From Laetmonice hystrix (Eukaryota): a DNA stretch of 64,000 bases. Of this stretch, positions 39,233-50,199 are shown in pieces. The stretch covers positions 34,226,001 through 34,290,000 of the forward strand of contig OZ249440.1 in NCBI GenBank assembly GCA_965235115.1, in the 5' to 3' direction. The translations under genes and the position numbers were made by a program. The notes below the pieces were generated by a model. It made no database searches. It had not been told where the DNA came from and saw nothing but the letters and a program-made list of their open reading frames with translations. How positions within the stretch are numbered: position 1 is the first letter of the stretch; every line of letters begins with the position of its first letter.

Positions 39233-39590
39233 TACGGTATGCATGAACATTCCTTTGCAAACATGGGCACCCAGTTGGGAGTGATAGTCTGTATGTCAGA
39301 GAATGTCTGCGTTTGGCATTTTCACCAACTGCACCTGGCGTGCGCATCATAAATGGTTATGTTGGAATCAAACCATCCCCTTCTCCCCGAGAAATCGAGG
39401 CCCCCAAAATGCTTGGTTGATCAGTGCCCTGTGCTCTTCTGTCATTTTCTCTTGGCCTTTCCTTCGACAGAAATCTTTGCATGGTGGCAGTAGGGGGTAC
39501 TTATCTCTGTAGTGTGCTACCTTTTTCTGGGCTTTCCTGCTACGTTTTGTCTGCTGCTCTGACACGGTAGGGTATACACTCAGACATTAC
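39233..39590 (-). pseudogene. Sola1-type transposase, N-terminal part
   Basis: LLPPCKDFCRRK...RALINQAFWG and RRHSLTYRL..., contiguous with 34297 after the pogo is removed. Confidence 0.7.
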
Positions 39591-42183
39591 CTAAAACTTC
39601 AACAATTCACGTTTCGATTTTACAGAATTATGTAAACCCCCAATAGCTATAAAATAAAATGACATAAAATTCTAGTCATTCCAAAAAAAAACCAATCTAA
39701 TAATAGGCACCTGAAACAATTAGGCCGACAGCAGCTGTTTCTGTGGCATTTGGGGCCTGGTCCATGGGTATCTGAACATTGCAAGTCAGGGGTGCCCTCC
39801 ACTATTGGTAGTTGCATCGGAACATAATCGCCCCTGAAACACTTTGAAACGGCAAGAGAAACACCCCCCCCCCCCCCCCCTAAAAATTATATAACGTGGC
39901 ACAAGACTTTTTCTAGGGTTAGGGCCACTAATCTTTTCCCTCTGCTCCAGGACATACTCGGGAATAAAGCGAATAAGTAGCCAAACTGAAAATATCTTAG
40001 GCTGCAGATCAATCACTGGACATGGTGGGCGCTGCCATCTTGGTGCCATATGACTGCAGCGTGGCATCTGATTGGTCCATTGAGATACTAGGTTTTACTG
40101 TGGTATCCATGATGTTCTGTGGTACTAGTTACTAGGTTCTGCCATGCGCGTAACAGCTTACTTAGTGAACAAATTGCAATAACTTGTAAATTAACACGAA
40201 ACATATATATCCTAGTAACTCCAAAATAGTACCAGCTCAATTTTGTTGAAAAAGTGAGTTTTGCCTTTGGACGGGAGACTGCAGGGCTAGTAAGTGATTT
40301 TTGTTCTAGCCCCCCCCCCTTTCACTAGACTGTGAAAAGAGCTGCGAAACAAAGCGAAGTGCGATTTGGGGGGAGAGCATGGGAGGGGTGACCCCTTGCA
40401 CTGGGGGGTCCCCCCGGAAAAAGTTGTTTTTTCAAACTCCTCAGAGGTGATATCTGGTGCATTTTAAAGCAGGTGAGAGGTATAAATACATCAAGTAGGC
40501 CTACATTCTGAAATTATTTTATTCAACAAAAGTTGAGAGATATTTCTGGATGTTTTCTGCTACTGTGGCTACTTCCTCCATGTCAGAGTAATCCGAGTCT
40601 TCATTGTCATTAGTCCAGGAACCTAGACCCTTTTTCTGTTAGGCAGGGTCCAGGGATGGGGCGGATAGATCCAGTGGCAACATTGCCACGTGTACCCCAG
40701 TGGCAATTCTGCACTGGCTTCATCGGACACTCACTCACTCACCTCTAATGACTCATTACACTATAACTGACTGTGCTCTTACCGGTGACAGCAGACACCT
40801 TTTTCTCTCCCTTCACACCCTTATTTGGGTACGTTAACTAATACAGAGTTCGTGTGCAGCTATCGTCGTTTGCAACCTTCTCTGAAATCGGCGATGAATC
40901 TGATGCCATCTTGCTTCGAATTGCGTTAGGGGTGACGTCATGGGCAGGTTTCTGGTAAAAGTGGAATCGCAGCGGGACGTGAATAGCGGCATTCTGGCCG
41001 CCGGATTCAAGAATCTGCGTGGTTCGTTCCACCTCGCGGCCACAACACAATTCCTAATGTTCATGACCCATCGGTCAATCCAACATGGCAATACTTCCGT
41101 TCGACGGTTGTGTGTGCAAAGAGAACAGGCAAAACCGTGAACAAAAGTATGCTTTATGAAGATCGCAATGCAACACATCACTGTGAGTCATACATTAATA
41201 TCTTTGTATCTACTTGGCAAGTTTTACCACCCAGAGTGATCCCAAAAGGACATTATTGGCCGTATGCAAGGACGTTAGTCCCGCCAACGGGTTAATCCAG
41301 GCAAAGACTCCCCAAAGTTAGTCCAGATAATGGGTTAATCCAGTGTTTGGGTTAAACCATTCTCCAGACTAACTTTTGTCACTGGATTACAGCAGTCAAT
41401 TTCGTTCCGTATTACTCCATTGTAATCTGTATTTTCCATACAACCTAATGGTGGTTTTGACCTTTAAAATAGAAGGAAACTTGCTTTACCTGACATATTT
41501 AAATCAGTAACAAAAAAAATAGTACAAATGCAACCAACTTGCAATAAAAATGGTGCCGCATTTGGCTGTTTAGGATAAACTCGCCAGCCACAGTCAAGCG
41601 GCATCTTGTGGTAACGTACAGAGATATCAATTCTGACGTGATCTTTACTGTGACGTCACAATTAATAGGTCAGGCTGCCTGTGACGTTGGACTGCTATGT
41701 CACAGACATGTCTCGATTCACGTCATTGTGGCCTCTTGTTTAGTCAGCAAAGAGATGGCAAAATGGGTCAGGCTGTAGCAACGGTATCCCAGCAAGTTAG
41801 AAACGGAACTTGAAACGTGTAGATGACTCGTAGGCTTCGTGATAGGCAAGTATTCAGAGGCAATCGACACTCACGGCTTCCATCTTTAGGAGGATTAACC
41901 CTGCTAGCTAGCAGAGTTAACTTTAATCCAGTAAATGGGTTAAACCAGTGAATTTTTGACGTTCTAGCATAGATACGGGATTAACTAGTTAGTCCACCGA
42001 TTGGGTTAATCGCTAGACTAAATACGTCCTTGCATACGGCCATATCAGTCGCCGAACGACGCAAACTCTGGTCACACGGGCCCATTCGAAGGTGAAATGC
42101 AGTTGCCTCGCGCTCTTTCAATATGGCTGCCAGAGTCTGATATAGACTACACCAGACTTTGGCTTGTTGGAGTACATCCGACT

Positions 42184-42344
42184 CTGGGCCCCGTCTCACT
42201 AAAGGCTGGTTAATAACCAGATCGTTAAGTTAACATAGGAGTGAATGGAAGGCTGCTGGTTACCGTAACCAGCAGCCTTCCATTCACTCCTATGTTAACT
42301 TAACGATCTGGTTATTAACCAGCCTTTAGTGAGACGGGCCCCAG
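42184..42344. mobile_element. Near-perfect 161-bp palindromic MITE (Harbinger-like, CWG flanks)
   Basis: ctgggccccgtctcactaaaggctggttaataacc... folds back around ggttac-c-gtaacc. Confidence 0.88.
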
Positions 42345-42529
42345 GCTTGTTGGAGTACATCCAGTTCTGAATGGCTGGCAGTGGATCCAACTTGTCCACA
42401 TCTGGCGTCTCCATCTTCACCAATATCATCCAGTGTGGCACCTGACACGATTGTGGCCTCTTCGCTTCCATTTTGCCAGCTTCGACTTGCTGAAGGTCCT
42501 CTCATTAGGCAACCTAGTTAGAAGGAGGG

Positions 42530-42866
42530 AGTGAGTGAGTAGTTGGTGTTTAACGCCCAGTCAGCAGTATTTCAGCTATTTCAGGGCGAGAACAGTAAGT
42601 AGTAACTCAGTCGGTAAAATCCATTGGGTGATAATGATGAGATGATAGGAGGAAACCCAGCATCGGGACGAACCCCTACTCTTATCGATAGATTCCAATG
42701 GATCTTTAACGTGCCCCTCCACATAGAGGTATCGTGACACGACTGGCCTTTTGATAAAGCAGTCCGCAGCACTGCTATGCAGGAAAGTCCGGCGCGGCCG
42801 CAGCTTGAACCCAGAACCTTTGGATAAAAGGTCCCGTGCTCTAACCACTGTACCACCCCGGACCCC
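42530..42866 (-). mobile_element. tRNA-derived SINE with Deu/Nin-like core and (ACTC)n tail
   Basis: A box tggtacagtggttagagc and B box-like gggttcaagc; core gcacgttaaagatcc...taagagtagggg; 14-bp TSD agttagaaggaggg / agttggagggaggg. Confidence 0.88.
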
Positions 42867-43947
42867 AGTTGGAGGGAGGGGCAACAGTAGATCGAATACT
42901 GACATGACGTTGGATGCCTCCGAAGCATAAACTCTATTGTGGCCAGGTTAGGGTCTGCTGTTCAAGCTTGCTTCCAAATCTAAAAAAGGGATAGTAATAT
43001 GTTTGTTCTAATGTGTAATTTAATAATTAACAAATTTAAGAACTGGTGCAACGTGCAATAACTTTTCTTATAACCAAACCCCTAAAGGTAGGCAAGTTGT
43101 ATGGTACTGAATAAAAGAGATTTAGTGGCACTGCGATATCAGAAGACAAAATACCTTTGATATAACAGAGAATTTGGGTCATTCCACGTCAATTCGACAA
43201 GGGGTCCCCGGGTGACCCCCTCAGAATTCAACCATTTTTTGCATACATGTACTACAACAACATTTTAGGGCAAAATATCCAAAAGTTTTAAAGATATGAC
43301 CCTTTAAACATGCCTGGGGGGTGCGAATTTCACAAGCATTTTTGTGCGTGTTATTTCTCATGTCATGTTCAAGACCTTATAACTTTTGATCCAGAAGAAG
43401 TAGAGCTCTGAAATTTTCAGTATTGATTCATCTGACAGGATGCTATCAGGAAACATCAACAGATACTTTTTATATTATTTGACATTTGATACAGATCAAG
43501 TCAAAAATCATGATTTAATCAATACGAATGTTTGCGATCCAACATTTGGCCACGTGCCAAGCAAAAACAAACTGCTTAAATCCCTTGAAACTGTGTGTAC
43601 AACATCTCTAGTACCCTGTCTACTAGTGTGTATAATATGAAGTCTCTGATGATTATAACTTCTGAGATATCATGTCTTAGCTACAGTAGTAGCACTCCTC
43701 CCACCCACCCCCACACCTGACGGACCGGTATTGCTCTCAGCAGGCAACCATGGACCCCTGTCAAGCTAACGGCCATCAATCGACCCCCCCCCCCATGTAC
43801 TGGTCACCCAAGACCCACCTCACCACCCAGGCAGCAACATTGGACAAGTTCCAGTGCGGCAGTAGGAATTTTAGATGATTTTGGAACATGGTTGCCATGA
43901 TTTTGGCCTGCAAATTACAACTGTACAAAACATTAGCAGCTACGCCC

Positions 43948-44239
43948 AATCTAATTAAAATTAGATCTTGGTATTCCGCGTCTCTCTCGGCTGTGTCAGT
44001 TCTGCCTGCGCTCCATACCTAGATCTAAGGACATCCCATTAGGGGTCACCTCAGGTTGACCTCTGGATTCAGCCAATCAGTGAGTCGCCTACGAAATCTT
44101 TGGTGTGCGCTTGTAGGCATTTTCAACGTCACACTTGAATCTGGGTCAAAGGGCAACCTGAGGTGACCCCATACCGGATGCCGTTAGATCCCAGTATGGA
44201 GCGCATGCTAAATAACTAAGATTTAATTTTAATTAGATT
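43948..44239. mobile_element. Palindromic MITE with an apparent 12-bp TSD
   Basis: aatctaattaaaatta...taattttaattagatt, with internal inverted ggggtcacctcaggttg; flanks gcagctacgccc and gcaactacaccc. Confidence 0.7.
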
Positions 44240-44769
44240 GCAACTACACCCTGACGCAAAGATATTGTGACTCGCAGACTTAATTACAGTGTAAAGGTGA
44301 GATTCTGACCTTTCTAATGGTGTAAAAATTGTATCTCTACGTTGAATATAACTCAAGTTATAGCAATTTGTTTCCAGGACATTAATTAATTAATTAGTTA
44401 ATTAAAAAAAATTTAAAAATTAAAAAATGAACCTTTAACAAATGGCTAATTAATCTATTTTTCTGAGGGTTTAGGGAATTTCTGACTACAGAACATGAAA
44501 ATATAGATGTTTTTCTATCGATTCCTGATGGAATCTCAAAACCAGCCAGAAATCATGTCAATATGGAAATTGGCATCTAGTTCTAAACTACCCAGCGCGA
44601 CTTATGCCTGGTGTTGTGGTGAAGGGTCACAAATATCTGAGTCAACCAAAATGGACTTTGCAACGCTTTGCAACACCACGACTCAGAATGGCATAATATT
44701 CCCATAAAGAACTTCCTAAAGTACGCAACATTTCTAGAACCTGATTCTAAAACCTGAACACTTCACTTT

Positions 44770-47700
44770 TTAGACTGATGCTTCTTCTGAAGACACTTCA
44801 CTTTTTAACCGACGCTTCTTCTGAAGACAGAGCCCCCGAACTTTGTGCTTTATGTCTGTCCACTTCCGCCCCGATAAAAGGCTAGACGCTTCCTGCGCCT
44901 TTAGGCAGGCCGACATGTTTGGTGTGACCCCCTTCTCGATGTTGTCGCTCATGTACTTTTGGACTTCTGCAGTCTCCTTGGGTGTTCACATTATTTTAGT
45001 GCAAGTTGCTTTTCCTACAATTCACAGGGAAAGAGAAACCACACGCAGATTGAGCACTATAACCTCCTATATTCTTGGGCCTGTTAGTCATGTTGAAGTG
45101 ACGTCATTTTCATCCTGGTAAAATTTAAATAAAATTTACTGAGACCGACAGTGATTTATATCCTGCTGCTCTTCTTTAAAGGGAGTCGTAAAATTCATTT
45201 TTTTGATTTATGGCAGTCTTAGAAACATATGATTCGCATACCTTGGACTCCCAGTAACATCATGTGAGACCGTTATAGCCCAGCGACCAGTATTTAGGCT
45301 AGTAAGGAAAATATGCCAAATCTCTCGCAAATACGTAGTTCAGAATTCGCGAGCACCCCACAGGATATTTGAGTTGGCCGCGGTCGGGCGATGATGACGC
45401 GTGATCACGTGACTTCCGGGTGTACATGCGGTATTTAGGTCAACGCTAGACTAGAGGGAGATTCCCTTCCACACCCGGAAGTCACGTGATCACGCGTCAT
45501 CATCGCCCGACCGCGGCCAACTCAAATATCCTGTGGGCCGCTCGCTAATTCTAAACTACGTATTTGCGAGAGATTTGGCATATTTTCCTTACTAAATACT
45601 GGTCGCTGGGCCGTAACAGTCTCACAAGGTATGCGAATCATATGTTTCTAAGACTGCCATAAATCGAAAAAATGAATTTTACGGCTCCCTTTAAGCAAAA
45701 TTGACATCAGTAAACTTCCAAGTTTGAAATACCGTGTCCTGATCCTCAGAAGATTCGCCATCTGACCCTAAAAATAAAACAGGTTGGTATTTTTCGCTCA
45801 TAGGTGACTATTACTTTTAAATTCAATTCTCACTGTGTACATGTATGTCCTTTGGTTATAAGAAAAGCATATATTTGTAAAAGTGGCCATTTTTTCTGAG
45901 CATACCTTGTGGATGCCAGGTTGGGTCTTTAGCCTTGGTATCAATAGTTTGTTCAATGCCTCCCCAATCACCTGACCCGTGCCCATTTCGTCTTGCATTT
46001 CAAATGCGGTGCTTTTGGTCATGGGAAGAATGACATCTTAAAGAAATGAATAATAAAATCTCAAATTTGTTCTTCTTCGTTACAGTTTCCTAATTACTTC
46101 GCCCCTAGCCTTACCCTTTTTAACCCTGTTCTTGTTCACCCACTCCCCCCCCCCTCCCCAGCTGTCCTTTCCATGATCCTTCCATCTAGCCTAGTTCCCG
46201 CACCACTGCCATCCCTGGTGCTCCCAGCCCCAGTCTCTCCCATACCATTTCCGTATTCGGGCTTCCCAGTCCCTGGGCTCTAGCTGTAGCCATTTAGCCC
46301 CAATCCTAAACCCCTGGCTGAATTCCTTCCTGTCACTGTCAGTCATGGATCCCCCTGCTGTAAATCATTTCCAGTGTGTTTGTTTAATACGGGATTGTCT
46401 TGCCGGGATGGACTTGGCGTGTTGCAATGTCAAAGCCCACTTTTTTACTTTTTCGCCTGGGCCCTATATCCCAAGAGGGTCTTATTATTAACTAGATAGA
46501 GATACCTATTTGATTCAAAAAATGGATTCCACATGGACAGGCCACCATGTGGGGTTGAAGAAGGTCTGGATATTTTAAAACGTTAGAAGTATGTATTTTC
46601 TAAAAAATTATAAAACAATTTTCACAATGTCCTCCCTAATGTAGGTCATGGTGCCATTATTCTGAAACATTTGAATATCCCAAGAACTGGTCCCTGGAAA
46701 TAAGCTCATTTGTACTCGTTTTTAAAACAACCTACTACACAGAAAATTAAGTTGGTCAATTGAGTGATTTAGACAAGTTTAGCACCACTTGGTGGTCTGT
46801 GCATGTGCATTCCTAATTTCTTTTGACCTGTTATGCATACCGTTAACACCTATCTTAAATAATAATAATTCTTGGGATAAGGAACCCACAAGGACCCGGA
46901 CTGACTTGCTGTGATATTGCAGCACCCCCTGCAAGTCGTACAAATTAATCCCATACCTACATCACTGTATTCACAGGCTGTCTTCCAATAAGTAAATTGG
47001 AGCGAGTGCTCCACAAGATGGTTACTGACAGCAGTGATGTTAGCAGTTAGACAGCAGTTAGCTACTGGTTACTGGTTTCGATTTTTTTGGATCTCGTGCG
47101 GTAATTGGGCTTACTGAAGGCCGCCTTGAACGAGACTTCCGAGAGATTGGGACTAGTGGACGGCTGTACCACATAGTCCAGGCCCTGGCATGGTCCCCTG
47201 ACTGGTCCCCTGACAATTTCATTTGGGGGGTCTAATTGGGGTGGTCTATTGGGCGAGCCACCTAGTCGGGTACTAAGGTCTGTCTACGTCCCTATTAGAA
47301 AATCGAATCTGCAACAAGTAACCAGTAGCTAACTTCACACTTCTGTTACTGATGTAGAATATTTTAAATGTACATATTAAATTTTAATATGTACATGTTT
47401 TAAAAAAATAAAATATGCTATGACCTATCAAGTACATGCTAGAAACTAAAATCTGGACAATGCTGTACACTGAACAAAGAAAGTTTGACTTACAAATAAA
47501 ATTTAACATTTTAACATTTAAATACGCGTAATGGGGGTCAATATACATACATGTATTATTAAGTCAGTCCACAGAATACAAGACAAGAATTTCAAATAGA
47601 CATACCTTGATAGGTAAGGTCTTCAAGGGACTTGCCCATATATGCTGACCGACCTTTCCACCGTCGGCAAGGACCAAGAGCTTTGCCACCTTTGCACGTT

Positions 47701-47803
47701 CAATGACACCACTCAGGTTCCGGTCGTGGGTATTATGCACGTTCATGGAATGTCCTTGATGCTTTATTACCCAACTGAGCTCTGTCTCGCCAACATTCTT
47801 AAG
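44770..47803 (-). pseudogene. 3' exons of an intron-containing tyrosine-recombinase-like (Crypton-like) gene with a C-terminal Myb/SANT-like domain
   Basis: Exon 47803-47606 with AG/GT ends: ELSWVIKHQGHSMNVHNTHDR...AKVAKLLVLADGG...GKSLEDL. Last exon: *TPKETAEVQKYM...P...C...GRKWTDIKHKV. Confidence 0.6.
45180..45690. mobile_element. Foldback Kolobok-like MITE (arms about 240 bp)
   Basis: ttaa|agggagtcgtaaaattcatttttt...aaaaaatgaattttacggctccct|ttaa. Confidence 0.9.
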
Positions 47804-48281
47804 CTGAAATTTTAATGAATACAAAGAAAGGAAATTAATTACTAAGTGGAACTGACTTCCTTCAAAACAGTTTAACAAATTATGCATACATTTTCACGAT
47901 AGTACAGCTCTGGTAAAAATGGTTGTATTTCTGCAACAGCAGTGTTACCGCTAACTTCGAAATGAGTGATTAAAAATAAACTGCTAACTGTATGCACTGG
48001 CACTGAGGAAACATTTCCTAGGCTTCAATCTTTGTTTTCCCACATCCTGCTTTCATACTTAAAAGAAACCGAAGAAACGAACATTTTCAGAGAAATGAAC
48101 CACTGTACGTCATGACTGAGGTGCAGAAATCTAAATAGGTGTTAGGAAAATTATAGAGAAAATAAAAAGTTAATAAGAAGAAGGAATTGTGGGTGGTGCC
48201 AAGGGAAAAGTGTTTACATGTCCTCATAAACATCCTTATCCATTGACTTATTAATGACACTCTCATTGTTCCTGATCTATA

Positions 48282-49154
48282 TATCGGGTGGATAAAAAAA
48301 AACGCCCCGAACTTTAAACTTCTATATTTCAAAAAGTAATGATTGTAATTCAATGAAATTTTTCTTCATATCACTTCATGATGTTGTCTCTTAGTTGTTA
48401 ATGTTTACAAGTCAATAGCTTGGATAATATTTCCCTAGCGCTAAAAACAAAAATCATTGTACAAAAGCGCAATGCCGTGCTAAAGCGAGGTGTAGTCGCA
48501 CCCAGAGTGCCTGGCCTCACACCAGAGTAGGTGGTCAATCGGTCCCCCGTTTTCACTTCATACTGCTTTCAGTCTCTTTTTCCATGAGCCAATGCACTTC
48601 CTGATCTCTGATAGGGAAATATCTTCCCAACATTGGGAAATATGCAACGTTCTGAATGTGTTGCTAAACATGATAATGATACGATTTCCCTTGAACTACT
48701 GGTTACCGTCATATTGTCCTAATGTTGCAGTTTCTCTGTAGGGTTTGGCACATTAAACATCTGTTTTTCTCTAAAACTACTAGGAATAGCACATATTTTA
48801 TTATATCTAGTGGTCCACAACATTATACATATTGTAAAACATGCAAAAACTAAATATTGAAAATGTTTTTACCCAAGGTACAACGCGGTGCATCAAACAG
48901 GTATCAAATTGGACACCTGGCAGCTGCATGATATTTGACCTAATTCCGGCATTGCGTTTTTAGACACTGATTTTTGTTTTTAGCGCCACAGGATTAATAT
49001 CAAAACTATTGAGCTGAAACTGTGACATACCAGAGATAATATCATGAAGTGATATTGAGAAGTGATATTGAGAGAAAAAAAATGTGAATTATAATGCATA
49101 GTTTTTGAAATATTAAAGTTTAAAGTTCGTGGCGTTTTTTTTATCCACCCGATA
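48282..49154. mobile_element. Non-autonomous Tc1/mariner-like element
   Basis: ta|tatcgggtggataaaaaaaa...ttttttttatccacccgata|ta, with long imperfect inverted arms. Confidence 0.85.
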
Positions 49155-49431
49155 TAATACAGATTTCAACTACTATTTTACAGTTCAGGGCTTCAAGCTT
49201 ACCCCTACCGGTAACCATGACAACTTAGGCAGAGACCATGTGTAATCAGCATGCTGTACTACAATAACAGTGGCAATCCAAGTCATGTCGTCCATCTTGA
49301 GACACATTTTTAAATCTTGCTATGCAACATGCCATCCTAGCACCATGGCCATTCTTCCTTCTTCTCGGTTATAAGTGGAGGTAAAACTCGCCAGCATAGA
49401 CCACCAGAGGACGTTCTTAACATCATCTTCA

Positions 49432-49940
49432 TCTTGTACTCAACCAGCTAGACTGGGAGAACCTTATAATACTCTATCAACATCACTACCACTTGTACTC
49501 AACCAGTTAGACTGGGAGAACCTTCTACTACTATTAACATCGCCACCACTTGTACTCAACCAGTTAGACTGGGAGAACCTTCTACTACTATTAACATCGC
49601 CACCACTTGTACTCAACCAGTTAGACTGGGAGAACCTTCTACTACTATTAACATCGCCACCACTTGTACTCAACCAGTTAGACTTGGAGAACCTTCTACT
49701 ACTATTCACATCGCTACCACTTGTACTCAACCAGTTAGACTGGGAGAACCTTCTACTACTATTAACATCGCCACCACTTGTACTCAACCAGTTAGACTTG
49801 GAGAACCTTCTACTACTATTCACATCGCTACCACTTGTACTCAACCAGTTAGACTGGGAGAACCTTCTACTACTATTAACATCGCCACAACTTATACTCA
49901 ACCAGTGAGACTGGGAGAACCTTCTACTACTATTGACATC
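49432..49940. repeat. 57-bp minisatellite, about 9 copies
   Basis: Unit cttgtactcaaccagttagactgggagaaccttctactactattaacatcgccacca at 49492, 49549, 49606 and onward to 49891. Confidence 0.95.
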
Positions 49941-50199
49941 ACTTTCAGACCCTCAACCGTTGGTGCCACTAGCGTATGGCGGCACGACACAACACACAAA
50001 AACTATACTCCACTCAACTATACTTAAACTGGGAATAGTCATGAATCAGAATGGTGAGGTCTTCTACAGTCTACCTCCGAACAACGCTCAAGACTCCGGC
50101 AGACCAAGTCCCGGTATCTTTGGTGTGGCCTCCTGTGGAAGGGTCTCGGGGTGGTGAAGAGGGCCTTCCTTGGTGACCTACGCTGTTGACTCTTATCCT

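Larger units (their letters stand above)
32019..40281 (-). mobile_element. Putative extent of a Sola1-type element, including nested inserts
   Basis: Inverted termini cagtgctcccgtccaaaggca and tgcctttggacgggagactg bracket all the Sola1 ORF pieces; no TSD is readable. Confidence 0.5.

Noticed and set aside
42790..42866. tRNA gene
   Set aside because: It is the SINE head: it continues into the core and LINE-like tail and is bounded by a TSD.
49375..49908. 177-aa Leu-rich ORF and 145-aa antisense ORF
   Set aside because: These are by-products of a 57-bp repeat whose length is a multiple of three; there is no other coding evidence.
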